The notes under the pieces are model-generated. The model did not search any database. It had not been told where the DNA came from and worked only from the letters and a program-made list of their open reading frames with translations. This document shows, piece after piece, positions 8,685 through 20,339 of a stretch of DNA of 64,000 nt. The position numbers and the translations under genes were made by a program. Numbering within the stretch: the stretch's first letter is position 1; every line of letters begins with the position of its first letter. This DNA is from Stenotrophomonas sp. (GTDB taxonomy: Bacteria > Pseudomonadota > Gammaproteobacteria > Xanthomonadales > Xanthomonadaceae), in assembly GCA_034675465.1 (NCBI GenBank), contig JAUCDH010000010.1, forward strand, positions 11,806 through 75,805, given 5' to 3'.

Positions 8685-10845
8685 CTTTCAAAGCCTCTGC
8701 CGCCGCCGCGCGCAGCTTCGGCAGCAGCCGCAGCATCAGCGCCAGCTGGGTGCGCACCAGCCGGGGTTTGTCGTCGATGTCGTCGGGCAGTTGTTCCAAC
8801 GCATCGGCCAGCGCCACTTCGTCTTCCTGTGGCGTCGCCGGCTGGCGCTGCTCCAGCGCGTCGGCCAGTTGCGCCAGCGATTGCCGCAGTTGCCGGTGGC
8901 CTTGTTCGATCAGCGGGTCGCCTTCGACCGCCGCCGCCTGTGCGCGGTGTGCGCCCAGCGCCGACAGATAGCCGAGCAAGGTGTTGGACAAGGCCAGGAA
9001 GCGGAAGCCGGCGTCGAGGTTGCCGCGCGCATAGCCCGGCTCGCGCAGCATGTTGGCCAGCGCCACCGACAGCGCCACGTCGGCGTTGTGCATGTCGCGG
9101 CGGGCGATGCGATAAGGCAGGTCGTCGCGCATGCCGCTGCGGTATTGGCCCAGCACTTCGTCGAGGTAGCGCGTGCAGGTGGCGGCCACCTGCGCCATCA
9201 CCCGGTGCAGGCGCCGGCCCTGCCAGTCGGGAAGAATGAGCAAGGAAGCGACCACGGCGATGGCACCGCCGAGCAGGGTGTCCAGCAATCGCGGCCAGAT
9301 CATCACCAAACCGTTGTCGCCCAGCAGGTTGAAGCACAGCAGCGCCATCAGCGTGATCGCGGCGGTGGCGATGACGTAGCGCTCGTTGCGGGTGACGAAG
9401 AACAGCAACGCGGCGGCCAGCGCAAGCAGCAGTTGCAGCGTGGTGCCGGGGAACAGCTGCATCAGCGGCCACGTGACGCCCAGGCCGAGCAGGGTGCCGG
9501 CCACGCGCTGCACCAGCCGCAGCCGGGTGGCGCCGAAATGCGGGCGGCACACGAACACGATGGTCAGCAATATCCAGTAGCCGTTCTGCGGGTGCACCAG
9601 CTTGAGCAGCGCATAGCCGGCGGTCAGCGCCAGCGCGATGCGCACGCCGTGGCGGAACAGCAACGAGCCGGGCGTCAGCGTTTGCCGCAGGCGCGTGGCC
9701 ATTTCGCGCAGGGTGTGCGGCGATGAATCGCGCAGGCGGGTGTCGATGCCTTCCAGCGGGGTGTCGGCCAGCGAGGCTTCGGACAGCTGCCGGGCGATGC
9801 TGGACAGGTTGGTTTCCAGCAATTGCAGCGAACCCAGCAGCCGCCAGCGCGGGTTGGGTTGTTCGCGCAGATAGCGCAGCGATTGCTGTAAATCCTGCCC
9901 GGCCTGACGGGCGCGTTCGCCGTAGTCGAACGGCTGGCGCAGGCGAATGGCTTGCCCCAGTGCGGTGCAGGCCTGGCCTTGCAAGGTCAGCAGGCGGCGG
10001 CAGCGGTACAGCACGTCGCTGTGGAAGAACGCCTCGGTCAGCGCTTCATAAGGGTAGTGCGAGGAGCTGGCGCGCTCGTGGAAATCCTGCGCCATGTAGT
10101 ACAGGCGGAAGTACAGGCCGGACTGCACGCCCGGCCGCCCGGAGCGGCCAAAGCGGCTGAGGATGGCGGTCTTGGCGGCGTTCAGCGCTTCGACCACGCG
10201 CACGTTCTGCTCGGCCAGCGCCAGTTGCCGTGCTTCCAGCCCGCCGTGCCGCACCGGTTCGAACAGGTCCGCCTTCAGTTGCAGGTAGCGGCCCAGTTCG
10301 GCGAACAGCCGCGCCAGCCGTTCGCGTACCGGGCGGTTGGCGAACATCACCGTCCACAGGATCGACAACGCCCCGTACCACGCTGCGCCGCCCAGCAGCA
10401 GCGCCGCATGCCGCCAGGCCTGCGCATGCGTGGCACCGGGTTGCTGGTCGAGGGCGACCATCATGTAGATGGCCAGCGTCACCGTGGCCTGGCCGATGGA
10501 GGCATAGCGCTCGCCCAGCGCGCCGAGCAGGGTGAGTGCGAACGCGGCCAGCGCCAACGCGGCCACGAACAGCAATGGCGAGGCGAACAACTGGATCACC
10601 GCCGCTGCGGCTGCGGTGAAGCACAGCAGCGACAGCAGTACCGATTTGCTGCGGCCCCAGCCGTTGTCGTCGGTTTCGGCAATCGCGCTGGCGATGATGC
10701 CGAGGAACAGCGACGGCAGCGGCAACAGGTCGTTGCGGTACCAGCACGCGGCCAGCACCGTGGACAGGGCGAGGAACACGCGCAACCCGTAGCTGGCCTT
10801 TTCGTGGGCCCATAGCCGGGTCAGCCAACGTTCGGTGGGGCGCAT
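8665..10845 (-). CDS. yccS: YccS family putative transporter (FUSC-like)
   Basis: LGIIASAIAETDD, LGERYASI, AQDFHERASSSHYPY and YRIARRDMHNAD motifs. Confidence 0.85.
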   Translation of the reverse strand: MRPTERWLTRLWAHEKASYGLRVFLALSTVLAACWYRNDLLPLPSLFLGIIASAIAETDDNGWGRSKSVLLSLLCFTAAAAAVIQLFASPLLFVAALALAAFALTLLGALGERYASIGQATVTLAIYMMVALDQQPGATHAQAWRHAALLLGGAAWYGALSILWTVMFANRPVRERLARLFAELGRYLQLKADLFEPVRHGGLEARQLALAEQNVRVVEALNAAKTAILSRFGRSGRPGVQSGLYFRLYYMAQDFHERASSSHYPYEALTEAFFHSDVLYRCRRLLTLQGQACTALGQAIRLRQPFDYGERARQAGQDLQQSLRYLREQPNPRWRLLGSLQLLETNLSSIARQLSEASLADTPLEGIDTRLRDSSPHTLREMATRLRQTLTPGSLLFRHGVRIALALTAGYALLKLVHPQNGYWILLTIVFVCRPHFGATRLRLVQRVAGTLLGLGVTWPLMQLFPGTTLQLLLALAAALLFFVTRNERYVIATAAITLMALLCFNLLGDNGLVMIWPRLLDTLLGGAIAVVASLLILPDWQGRRLHRVMAQVAATCTRYLDEVLGQYRSGMRDDLPYRIARRDMHNADVALSVALANMLREPGYARGNLDAGFRFLALSNTLLGYLSALGAHRAQAAAVEGDPLIEQGHRQLRQSLAQLADALEQRQPATPQEDEVALADALEQLPDDIDDKPRLVRTQLALMLRLLPKLRAAAAEALKAPLPSG

Positions 10846-10917
10846 GCCGGTGGAGGTACTCGCAAGCAGGGACGCGCCAGCTTGCAGCGCTGGCGCGCAG
10901 GCGGCAAGGCGGGCCGG

Positions 10918-12213
10918 TTACTCGCTGCGGCCCTGTTCGCGGGCGATGGCGCGCCAGCCGATGTCGTTGCGGTGGAATTCGTTGGCCCAGTGGATTTTGT
11001 CCACGCCGGCGTAGGCATGCTGCTGCGCGTTGGAGACGCTGTCGCCCAGCGCGGCCACGCACAGCACGCGGCCACCGGCGCTGACCACGTTGCCGGCGGC
11101 GTCCTGCGCGGTGCCAGCGTGGAACACCTTGGCGCTGGCCGGCACTTCATTCAAACCGCTGATGACGTCGCCGGTAATCGGCGTCTCCGGGTAGGGGCGT
11201 GCGGCCATCACCACGCCCAGCGAGGGGCGTGGGTCCCATTGCGCTTCCACGCCGGCCAGTGCGCCGTCGATGGCCTTCTCGACCAGATCAACCAGGTCCG
11301 ATTGCAGGCGCAGCATCACCGGCTGGGTTTCCGGGTCGCCGAAGCGCACGTTGAATTCGATCACCTTCGGCGCGCCGGTGGCGTCAATCATCAGCCCGGC
11401 ATAGAGGAAGCCGGTGAACGGCACGCCATCGGCAATCATGCCGGCCACAGTCGGTTCCACCACTTCACGCATCACCCGCGCGTGCACCTCCGGCGTCACC
11501 ACCGGCGCGGGCGAGTAGGCACCCATGCCGCCGGTGTTGGGGCCGGTGTCGCCATCGCCGACGCGCTTGTGGTCCTGCGAGGTGGCCATCGGCAATGCGG
11601 TATGGCCATCGACCATCGAGATGAAGCTGGCTTCCTCGCCGTCGAGGAACTCCTCGATCACCACGCGCGCGCCGGCGTCGCCGAAGGCATTGCCGGCGAG
11701 CATGTCGCGCACCGCCGCTTCGGCTTCGTCCAGTGTCATCGCCACGATCACGCCCTTGCCGGCGGCCAGGCCATCGGCCTTGATGACGATGGGTGCGCCC
11801 TTGTCGCGCACGTAGGCCAGCGCCGCGTCCACCTCGGTATGCACGGCGTAATACGCTGTGGGGATGCCGTGGCGGGCAAGGAAGTCCTTGGCGAAGGCCT
11901 TGCTGCCTTCCAATTGCGCAGCTTTGGCGGTGGGCCCGAAGATGCGCAAGCCGGCGGCGCGGAAGGTATCGACCACGCCGGCCACCAACGGCACTTCCGG
12001 GCCGACCACGGTGAGCGCGACCGCTTCGTCCTGCGCCAGTTTCAGCAGGCCGTCGATGTCGGTGACCTTGATCGCCACGTTGCGGCACTTGGCTTCGGTG
12101 GCGGTGCCGGCATTGCCCGGCGCGACGATCACGTCGGATACGCGCGGCGACTGCGCCAGCTTCCACGCCAGTGCGTGTTCGCGGCCACCGGAGCCGATGA
12201 CGAGGATTTTCAT
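10918..12213 (-). CDS. purD: Phosphoribosylamine--glycine ligase
   Basis: [54 protein letters not shown]. Confidence 0.97.
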   Translation of the reverse strand: MKILVIGSGGREHALAWKLAQSPRVSDVIVAPGNAGTATEAKCRNVAIKVTDIDGLLKLAQDEAVALTVVGPEVPLVAGVVDTFRAAGLRIFGPTAKAAQLEGSKAFAKDFLARHGIPTAYYAVHTEVDAALAYVRDKGAPIVIKADGLAAGKGVIVAMTLDEAEAAVRDMLAGNAFGDAGARVVIEEFLDGEEASFISMVDGHTALPMATSQDHKRVGDGDTGPNTGGMGAYSPAPVVTPEVHARVMREVVEPTVAGMIADGVPFTGFLYAGLMIDATGAPKVIEFNVRFGDPETQPVMLRLQSDLVDLVEKAIDGALAGVEAQWDPRPSLGVVMAARPYPETPITGDVISGLNEVPASAKVFHAGTAQDAAGNVVSAGGRVLCVAALGDSVSNAQQHAYAGVDKIHWANEFHRNDIGWRAIAREQGRSE

Positions 12214-12236
12214 GGGGTCAGTTCCTGTGGGGGCAT

Positions 12237-12650
12237 TCATGGGGTGCGGCAATCGGCCGGCTTCAACGCGACTTCGAAGAACAGTGCGCCGTCGATGTCG
12301 ATGAAGCGGCGGCGCACGCCACCACCGGCGGCCAGCACCGGGGCCAGCGCAGGCACGTCGCACAGTTCGGGCATCGCCTGCTGCTCGTCCAGCTGCAAGG
12401 CGGCGAACAACTCGGGCTTGGCCTTGGCCATCGCCACGCTGGTATCGGGGGAGCGGATCACCAGCACCAGATCGTCGCCGTGGCGATGCACGGAATCGAC
12501 GCTCAGGCCGTCACGGTAGGGCGTGGGCAATTCCTTGCCGAACGTGACGATGGCCTGCTGCTGCGCATCGCCGAGCGCGTTGTTGCCGCAGGCGGCGAGC
12601 AGCGGCAGCAGCAGCGCCGCGCATACCAAACGCAGGCGGCGCTTTCCCAT
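12237..12650 (-). CDS. Hypothetical lipoprotein between purH and purD
   Basis: [20 protein letters not shown]|C lipobox; start codon lies in the heptamer array, so the exact start is uncertain. Confidence 0.6.
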   Translation of the reverse strand: MGKRRLRLVCAALLLPLLAACGNNALGDAQQQAIVTFGKELPTPYRDGLSVDSVHRHGDDLVLVIRSPDTSVAMAKAKPELFAALQLDEQQAMPELCDVPALAPVLAAGGGVRRRFIDIDGALFFEVALKPADCRTP

Positions 12651-12676
12651 TTCCCATTCCCCATTCCCCATTCCCA
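12641..12676 (-). repeat. Heptamer tandem array (GGGAATG-type), single arm
   Basis: Minus strand GTGGGA ATGGGGA ATGGGGA ATGGGAA ATGGGAA AGC just after the purH stop. Confidence 0.85.
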
Positions 12677-12682
12677 CGCTCC

Positions 12683-14269
12683 TCAGTGCCGGAAATGGCG
12701 CACGCCGGTGAACACCATCGCGATGCCGTGCTCGTCGGCGGCGGCAATCACCTCGGCGTCGCGCATCGAACCGCCCGGCTGGATCACCGCGCTGATGCCG
12801 GCTTCGGCGGCGGCGTCGAGGCCATCGCGGAACGGGAAGAACGCATCGGAGGCCATCACCGAACCCGGCACGACGAGGCCTGCATCGTTGGCCTTGATGC
12901 CGGCGATGCGCGCCGAATAGACGCGGCTCATCTGCCCGGCGCCAACACCAATCGTGCGCTGGTCCTTCGCATAGACGATCGCGTTGGACTTGACGAATTT
13001 GGCCACCTTCCACGCGAACAGCAGGTCGGCGAACTGCGCTTCGGTCGGTGCAATCTTGCTCACCACCTTCAACTCGTCGCGCAGCACCACGCGGTCGTCG
13101 GCGCTTTGCAGCAGCAGGCCGGAGCCGACGCGCTTGCTGTCGATGAAGCCCGGCGTCGCCTTTGCGGTGGGAATGCGCAGCACGCGCACGTTGGCCTTTT
13201 TGGTCGCGTAGTCCAGCGCGGCCGGATCAAAGTCCGGGGCGATCAGCACTTCGACGAACTGGCGGTCGAGGATGATCTGCGCGGTCTTCGCGTCCAGCGT
13301 GCGGTTGAAGGCGAGGATGCCGCCGAAGGCGCTGGTCGGGTCGGTGGCGTAGGCCAGTTCGTAGGCTTCGCCGACGCTGGCGGCCACGGCCACGCCGCAG
13401 GGGTTGGCGTGCTTGACGATGACGCAGGCCGGCACGTCGAACTGGCGCACGCATTCCCATGCGGCATCCGAGTCGGCGATGTTGTTGTAGCTCAGCTCCT
13501 TGCCCTGCAACTGGGTGAAGGTGGCCAGCGAGCCGGGCGCGGGGTGCAGGTCGCGGTAGAACGCGGCTTGCTGATGCGGGTTCTCGCCGTAGCGCAGGTC
13601 CATCACCTTCACGAAGCTGGAGCTCATCTGCGCCGGGAAGGCGTCGCGCGCCGGCACGGCGGCGCTTGTGTCGGTGACCGAGGAAAGGTAGTTGCCGATC
13701 GCCGCGTCGTACTGCGCCACGCGGTTGAACGCGGCCACCGACAACGCGAAGCGTTGCGCCGCCGACAGCTGGCCGTCGTTGGCGTCCAGTTCGGCCAGCA
13801 GGCCGGCGTACTGCTCCGGGCTGGTGGCCACGGCGACGCGGGCGAAGTTCTTGGCAGCGCTGCGCAGCATCGCCGGGCCGCCGATGTCGATGTTTTCCAC
13901 CGCGTCGGCCAGGGTGCAGTCGGCCTTGGCGGTGACGGCCTCGAACGGGTACAGGTTCAGCACCAGCAGGTCGATCGGCGCGATGCCGTGTTCGGCCATC
14001 ACCGCGTCATCCAGCCCGGCGCGGCCCAGCAGGCCGCCATGCACCATCGGGTGCAGGGTCTTGACCCGGCCATCCATCATTTCCGGGAAGCCGGTGATGT
14101 CGGCCACGTCCTTGACCGGCAGGCCGGCCTCGCGGATCGCCTTGGCGGTGCCTCCGGTAGACAGCAATTCGACATTGCGCGCGGCCAGCGCACGGGCCAG
14201 ATCAATCAGGCCGGTCTTGTCGGAAACGGACAGCAGGGCCCGGCGCACGGGCAACAAATCAGCGGACAT
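12683..14269 (-). CDS. purH: Bifunctional AICAR formyltransferase/IMP cyclohydrolase
   Basis: [29 protein letters not shown], ends FTGVRHFRH. Confidence 0.97.
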   Translation of the reverse strand: MSADLLPVRRALLSVSDKTGLIDLARALAARNVELLSTGGTAKAIREAGLPVKDVADITGFPEMMDGRVKTLHPMVHGGLLGRAGLDDAVMAEHGIAPIDLLVLNLYPFEAVTAKADCTLADAVENIDIGGPAMLRSAAKNFARVAVATSPEQYAGLLAELDANDGQLSAAQRFALSVAAFNRVAQYDAAIGNYLSSVTDTSAAVPARDAFPAQMSSSFVKVMDLRYGENPHQQAAFYRDLHPAPGSLATFTQLQGKELSYNNIADSDAAWECVRQFDVPACVIVKHANPCGVAVAASVGEAYELAYATDPTSAFGGILAFNRTLDAKTAQIILDRQFVEVLIAPDFDPAALDYATKKANVRVLRIPTAKATPGFIDSKRVGSGLLLQSADDRVVLRDELKVVSKIAPTEAQFADLLFAWKVAKFVKSNAIVYAKDQRTIGVGAGQMSRVYSARIAGIKANDAGLVVPGSVMASDAFFPFRDGLDAAAEAGISAVIQPGGSMRDAEVIAAADEHGIAMVFTGVRHFRH

Positions 14270-14384
14270 GGGGGAGGAGGGGAAGCGGAAGCGGGCCGGT
14301 ATTGTAGCGGCCCACGGCTTGCGGGTTTGGTTGCAGCGGTGACGGCTGCGTGGTGCCGGCCGCTCGTCAGCGTGCGGGCGAATG

Positions 14385-14456
14385 GTAGGAGCGCACCTTG
14401 GTGCGCGATGAGGCTCTACCGGGAATGCCCCATCGCGCACCAAGGTGCGCTCCTAC
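14385..14456. repeat. GTAG REP doublet (REPIN-like)
   Basis: GTAGGAGCGCACCTTGGTGCGCGATG...CATCGCGCACCAAGGTGCGCTCCTAC, perfect inverted pair. Confidence 0.9.
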
Positions 14457-14468
14457 ATGGGGCATGGC

Positions 14469-14846
<378 letters not shown>

Positions 14847-15680
14847 TCAGCGGAACTCGAAGTGGTAGGCGACGGTGCCGGCGGCCGGTTCGCGCAGGTG
14901 GAAGGCGACCTGCGCGCTCTGGCCGGGTTCCAGCCGCTGTTGCGGGTCGTGCGCCGGGCCGAGGTAGTCGCCCGGTTGCAGGGTGCGGCGGCCGATGACG
15001 CGGCCGTCGGCGTCGGACAGCGACAGCCGCAGCGCCGGCCAGTCCTGCGCCCAGCGGGCGTCGTTGCGGAAGCTGGCCTGCACTTGCAACACGCCGGCGC
15101 GCTCGGGCAGCGGCCGCACTTCGCGCTGGAGCATGGTGAACGCGGCCGGTTCATGCCAGGCCGGCAGTGGGCAGCGCAGCACCGCGCACAGCGCGCCGAC
15201 CAATGGCCGGGTGCGGGCGTCGGCGGCGAGGTTGGCGCGGTCGGCCACGGCGATCTGCACCAGCAGCAGTGCGCCCAATGCGGCGGCCAGGCCCCATTGC
15301 CAGCGCGGCGTGCGGATTGCCGCCGGGCGTTGGCCGCGCAGGAAGCTGGGCGCGGCGTGGGCCGGGGCTGTTGGTTCGGAGGGCGGGGCGGTTTCGGGGG
15401 CGGCTTGCGGCAGTTCCGCTACGGCGGCTTCGTCGCCGGGAGGCGCGGGCGTTTCTTCCCCGCCGGTTGCTGGCGCAGCGTCGATGCTTTCCGCTGCGAC
15501 TGCCGTGGTTTCCGTGATTCCGGCCGGTTCCACGGCTTCGGTTGCCGGCGGCGTGGCGTCGCCGGCCGTGGCCGCCGCGTCGCCAGTGGACGACGGGCCT
15601 TGCAGGAAGCTGGATAGCGGGCGGCGGGGAGTGTTGCCTGTGTTCATGTGCGCTCGGGCCGGGACGCTGCGGTCATTCAA
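14847..15680 (-). CDS. DUF3426 domain protein
   Basis: Low-complexity N-terminus, TM helix, [31 protein letters not shown]; start TTG 15680 (overlaps prmA stop) or ATG 15647. Confidence 0.8.
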   Translation of the reverse strand: MNDRSVPARAHMNTGNTPRRPLSSFLQGPSSTGDAAATAGDATPPATEAVEPAGITETTAVAAESIDAAPATGGEETPAPPGDEAAVAELPQAAPETAPPSEPTAPAHAAPSFLRGQRPAAIRTPRWQWGLAAALGALLLVQIAVADRANLAADARTRPLVGALCAVLRCPLPAWHEPAAFTMLQREVRPLPERAGVLQVQASFRNDARWAQDWPALRLSLSDADGRVIGRRTLQPGDYLGPAHDPQQRLEPGQSAQVAFHLREPAAGTVAYHFEFR

Positions 15681-16592
15681 GCACGGCGCACGCCGGTAAT
15701 GCGCATCCAGTCGCCGTCCTGCGCGGTTTGCAGTTGCTCGAACCATGCCGCATAGCGCTCCAGCAGCTCGCCTTCCTGCCCGTGCAGGATGCCGGACAGG
15801 GCGATGCGCCCGTTGGGTGCAACGCGCGCGGCCAGCAGGTCGGCCAGTGCGTCCAGCGCCGAGGCGAGGATGTTGGCGACCACGATGGGGATAGGTGGCG
15901 GCCGGTTCGTCCTCGGGCAAATACGCGGCGATGTGCACACCGTTGCGCTCGCCGTTGTCGGCGGTGGCGAGCAGCGCCTGCGGGTCGTTATCGACGCCCA
16001 CCGCGTTGGCAGCGCCGAGCTTGAGCGCGGCCAGCGCGAGGATGCCCGAGCCGCAGCCGAAATCGAGCACGGTGCGGCCGGCCAGTTCGCCGTCGGCGGC
16101 TAGCTGATCGAGCCAGCGCAGGCACAGCGCGGTGGTCGGGTGGGTGCCGGAGCCGAAGGCGAGGCCGGGGTCCAGCCGCACCACGGCGGCGTCGGCGGCC
16201 TGCGCGGCCTCCGGCAGATCATGGTTCCACGGCACGATCCACGTGCGCTGGCCGAACTGCATCGGCTGGAACTGGTCGAGCCATGCGCGTTCCAGCTCTT
16301 CGTCCTCCACGGCGCGGAAGCTGGCGCGGCTCCAGTCCAGCCCGGCGTCGAAGGAATCGAGTGCGGCCAGCAGCGCCAGCGCGTTGGTGTCGGCGGGGAA
16401 CAGCGCGGTCAGCACCAGCTCGTTCCACAGCGGGGTTTCGCCCACGCCCGGCTCCAGAATCGCGCGCTCGTTGCTGGTGTCGGCATCGGCGTCGAGCATC
16501 GTCACCGCCAGCGCACCGACGTCCTCCAGCGCGTTCTGGTAGCGGGGCTGGGTGGCTTCGGTGCAGCGCAGGGTGAGTTCGAGGAAGGGCAT
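15677..16592 (-). CDS. prmA: Ribosomal protein L11 methyltransferase, apparent +1 frameshift at 15887-15890
   Basis: [14 protein letters not shown] and [11 protein letters not shown] in one frame; IVVANILA and IALSGIL in another; removing one G from GGGG joins them. Confidence 0.92.
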
Positions 16593-16597
16593 CGGGC

Positions 16598-16720
16598 GAG
16601 GAACGAGTGGAGGGGAACGGGGAACGGGGAACGGGGAACGAGTGAAAGCAGGAGAAAAGCGGAAGAGTCGGCTTTTGCCTTCTCTGCTTTCCTCGTTCCT
16701 CTCCACTCGTCCCTTGCTTC
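16598..16720. repeat. Inverted heptamer-array element (GAACGGG/GAACGAG type), no gene inside
   Basis: GAACGAG TGGAGGG (GAACGGG)x3 GAACGAG TGAAAGC ... GCTTTC CTCGTTC CTCTCCA CTCGTCC CTTGCTT. Confidence 0.85.
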
Positions 16721-16721
16721 A

Positions 16722-18089
<1,368 letters not shown>

Positions 18090-18099
18090 GGGAGGGCCG

Positions 18100-18135
18100 T
18101 TATTCGTTATTCGTGATTGGTGATTCGTAAAAAGC
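18100..18135 (+). repeat. Left heptamer arm flanking the four-helix-bundle gene
   Basis: TTATTCG TTATTCG TGATTGG TGATTCG TAAAAAGC. Confidence 0.85.
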
Positions 18136-18525
18136 GGGTTCCTCGCCAACGGAGAGGGCTCCGGCTTCTTTCGAGCGGATCAAAGCGTTGAGACGGGCAA
18201 AGGTGCGATCCAGCAACTGCGTCAAATCGGCATTCGGTTCGGCAAGACCGAGACGGGTGGCCAGCAAAAGCTGGGTGTCCAGCTCGGACAGCGAACCACG
18301 GGCAATGGCGAGGAACCGAAGCAATTCGGCGGGAGATCGGCGGGCCGCGCCTTCGGCGATGTTCGACGGGACGCTGACGGCGGCGCGGCGCATCTGCGAG
18401 GACAGCCCGTAGCGTTCTTCGGCGGGCAGGTTGGCGGAAAAAGCGTACACCCCTGCCACCAAATCCATGGCGTCGCGCCAAACATCCAGGCGCTGGTGTG
18501 GCCGCTCTTTCGAATCACCAATCAC
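18100..18525 (-). CDS. Four-helix bundle protein (TIGR02436 / 23S rRNA IVS / Avd-like)
   Basis: [13 protein letters not shown]...[30 protein letters not shown]...[16 protein letters not shown] family signature; GTG start and TAA stop both lie in heptamer arrays. Confidence 0.92.
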   Translation of the reverse strand: MIGDSKERPHQRLDVWRDAMDLVAGVYAFSANLPAEERYGLSSQMRRAAVSVPSNIAEGAARRSPAELLRFLAIARGSLSELDTQLLLATRLGLAEPNADLTQLLDRTFARLNALIRSKEAGALSVGEEPAFYESPITNNE

Positions 18526-18538
18526 GAATCACCAATCC
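18504..18538 (-). repeat. Right (inverted) heptamer arm flanking the four-helix-bundle gene
   Basis: Plus strand GCTCTTT CGAATCA CCAATCA CGAATCA CCAATCC. Confidence 0.85.
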
Positions 18539-18552
18539 CGTCGTCATTGGCC

Positions 18553-19038
18553 TCAGGCAATCACGAACAGCGGCTGGTCGAATTCCACCGGGCTGCCGCT
18601 TTCGCCGAGAATGGCGACCACGGTGCCGGACACTTCGGCCTCGATAGGGTTGAACATCTTCATCGCCTCGATGATTGCCAGCGTCTCGCCGGCCTTGACC
18701 TGCTGGCCGACGCTGACGAACGGCGGCTTGTCCGGGGCGGCGGAGGCGTAATAGGTGCCCACCATCGGCGCGCGCTGCACGTGGCCGTCCGGCAGGGCAT
18801 TGCCCGGCTTCGGGGTGCCGCCGGTGGCGGCTTCGACCGGGGAGTGCATCGGCATCGGCGCGGCGGCGGCAGGCGCGGCGGCCTGCATCATCGGGGCGGC
18901 GACGGCCATCGGCGGCACGTAGCCGCCCACCGGGGTACGCGACAGGCGCACGGATTCCTCGCCTTCCTTGATCTCGATCTCGGCCAGGTTCGACTCTTCC
19001 AGCAGGTCGATCAGCTTCTTGATTTTGCGCAGGTCCAT
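18553..19038 (-). CDS. accB: Biotin carboxyl carrier protein
   Basis: [33 protein letters not shown] biotinylation motif. Confidence 0.97.
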   Translation of the reverse strand: MDLRKIKKLIDLLEESNLAEIEIKEGEESVRLSRTPVGGYVPPMAVAAPMMQAAAPAAAAPMPMHSPVEAATGGTPKPGNALPDGHVQRAPMVGTYYASAAPDKPPFVSVGQQVKAGETLAIIEAMKMFNPIEAEVSGTVVAILGESGSPVEFDQPLFVIA

Positions 19039-19099
19039 AGGATGCCTCTTGGGTGTTGTCGGCGGCGGCGCGCTCGCGCCCACCGCCGGGGAATGGGGA

Positions 19100-19534
19100 T
19101 CAGAGCCGCTGCAGCGCGGCGTCCATGGCGTAACGGTAGCTGTCCGCGCCGAAGCCACAGACCACGCCGACCGCCTTGTCGCTGAAATAACTGTGCTGGC
19201 GGAAGGGTTCGCGGGTGTGCGGGTTGGACAGGTGGATCTCGATGAACGGGATCGCCACGGCGGCCAGCGCGTCGCGCAGCGCCACCGAGGTGTGGGTGAA
19301 GGCGGCCGGGTTGATCAGGATGAAGGCGGTGCCGTCGCCGCGCGCGGCCTGCACCCGATCGACGAGCACATGCTCGGCGTTGGCTTGCAGGTGTTCCACC
19401 TCGTGCCCGGCGGCCAGCGCCTGCGCGGCCAGTGCGGCGTCGATGTCGGCCAGCGTGGTGTGCCCATAGACCTCCGGCTCGCGGGTGCCGAGCAGGTTCA
19501 GGTTGGGGCCATGCAGGACCAGCAGTTTCGCCAT
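19100..19534 (-). CDS. aroQ: Type II 3-dehydroquinate dehydratase
   Basis: [48 protein letters not shown]. Confidence 0.96.
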   Translation of the reverse strand: MAKLLVLHGPNLNLLGTREPEVYGHTTLADIDAALAAQALAAGHEVEHLQANAEHVLVDRVQAARGDGTAFILINPAAFTHTSVALRDALAAVAIPFIEIHLSNPHTREPFRQHSYFSDKAVGVVCGFGADSYRYAMDAALQRL

Positions 19535-19757
19535 GTGCCAAGGGTGGAGCGGAAAGGGCGGCAGTGTGAGCGAACCGGGGGATGCTGTCCAGTTCGGCGA
19601 AATTACCGGTGATTTAATCGGATGTTTGAATTTTGGGGGGGTGTTCTGAGGGTGGAGCAGGCCTTGGCCTACCGAGGTCTTTGCCATGAACCTGCCGGGG
19701 CTTTCCCGGTGTTGTTCATGGGCAAGCGGTTTCCCGCGAATTGCACGGGAAAACCGC

Positions 19758-19778
19758 GTGGGCCAAGGCCCACCCTAC
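19758..19778 (-). repeat. GTAG REP overlapping the stop of the TlpA-like gene
   Basis: Minus strand GTAGGGTGGGCCTTGGCCCAC. Confidence 0.7.
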
Positions 19779-20338
19779 GGCTTGCCCACCCAATCCTCGA
19801 TTTCGCCGGCCTTGAACGGTCCCAGCTTCTGCTTGACCACGCGGCCATCGGCGTCGATCAGCACGCTGTACGGCAGCAGCCCCTGCGTGTTGCCGAGCCG
19901 GACGCTGGCATCGGCCGGGCCGGGCGTTTCCAGCACGATCGGGTAATACACCGGCACGTTGCCGAGGAAGTCGAGCACGGCCGCGTGCGTGTCCAGCGCC
20001 AGCCCCACCACTTGCGGGCCGTTGTCGGCATGTTTGGCGGCGAAGCGTGCCAGCTCGGGCATTTCCTCGACGCAGGGCGCGCACCAGCTGGCCCATACAT
20101 TGATAAGCAGTGGTTTGCCCTTGAACCGGTCGGGGAAATGCACCGGCATGCCGTCCAGATCAGGCAGGACGAAGGCGGGCAGCAATTCGCCGGGTTTGGC
20201 CACCACCGGTGGCGCGGGATGCGGGAGGGCCGAGGGCGCGCTCATCGGCAACAGCGGCGCGGGCCGGCTCATCCATGCACCCGTGGCCAGCCCCGCCGCC
20301 GCGGCGATGCCCGCCACCCACCACGCGATGCGGCGCAT
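19775..20338 (-). CDS. TlpA-family disulfide reductase
   Basis: LLINVWASWCAPCVEEMPEL motif with N-terminal anchor. Confidence 0.9.
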   Translation of the reverse strand: MRRIAWWVAGIAAAAGLATGAWMSRPAPLLPMSAPSALPHPAPPVVAKPGELLPAFVLPDLDGMPVHFPDRFKGKPLLINVWASWCAPCVEEMPELARFAAKHADNGPQVVGLALDTHAAVLDFLGNVPVYYPIVLETPGPADASVRLGNTQGLLPYSVLIDADGRVVKQKLGPFKAGEIEDWVGKP

Positions 20339-20339
20339 G

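Noticed and set aside
18100-18525. Four-helix-bundle gene as part of a diversity-generating retroelement or an rRNA intervening sequence
   Set aside because: No reverse transcriptase, template/variable repeat pair or rRNA gene is present in the window.
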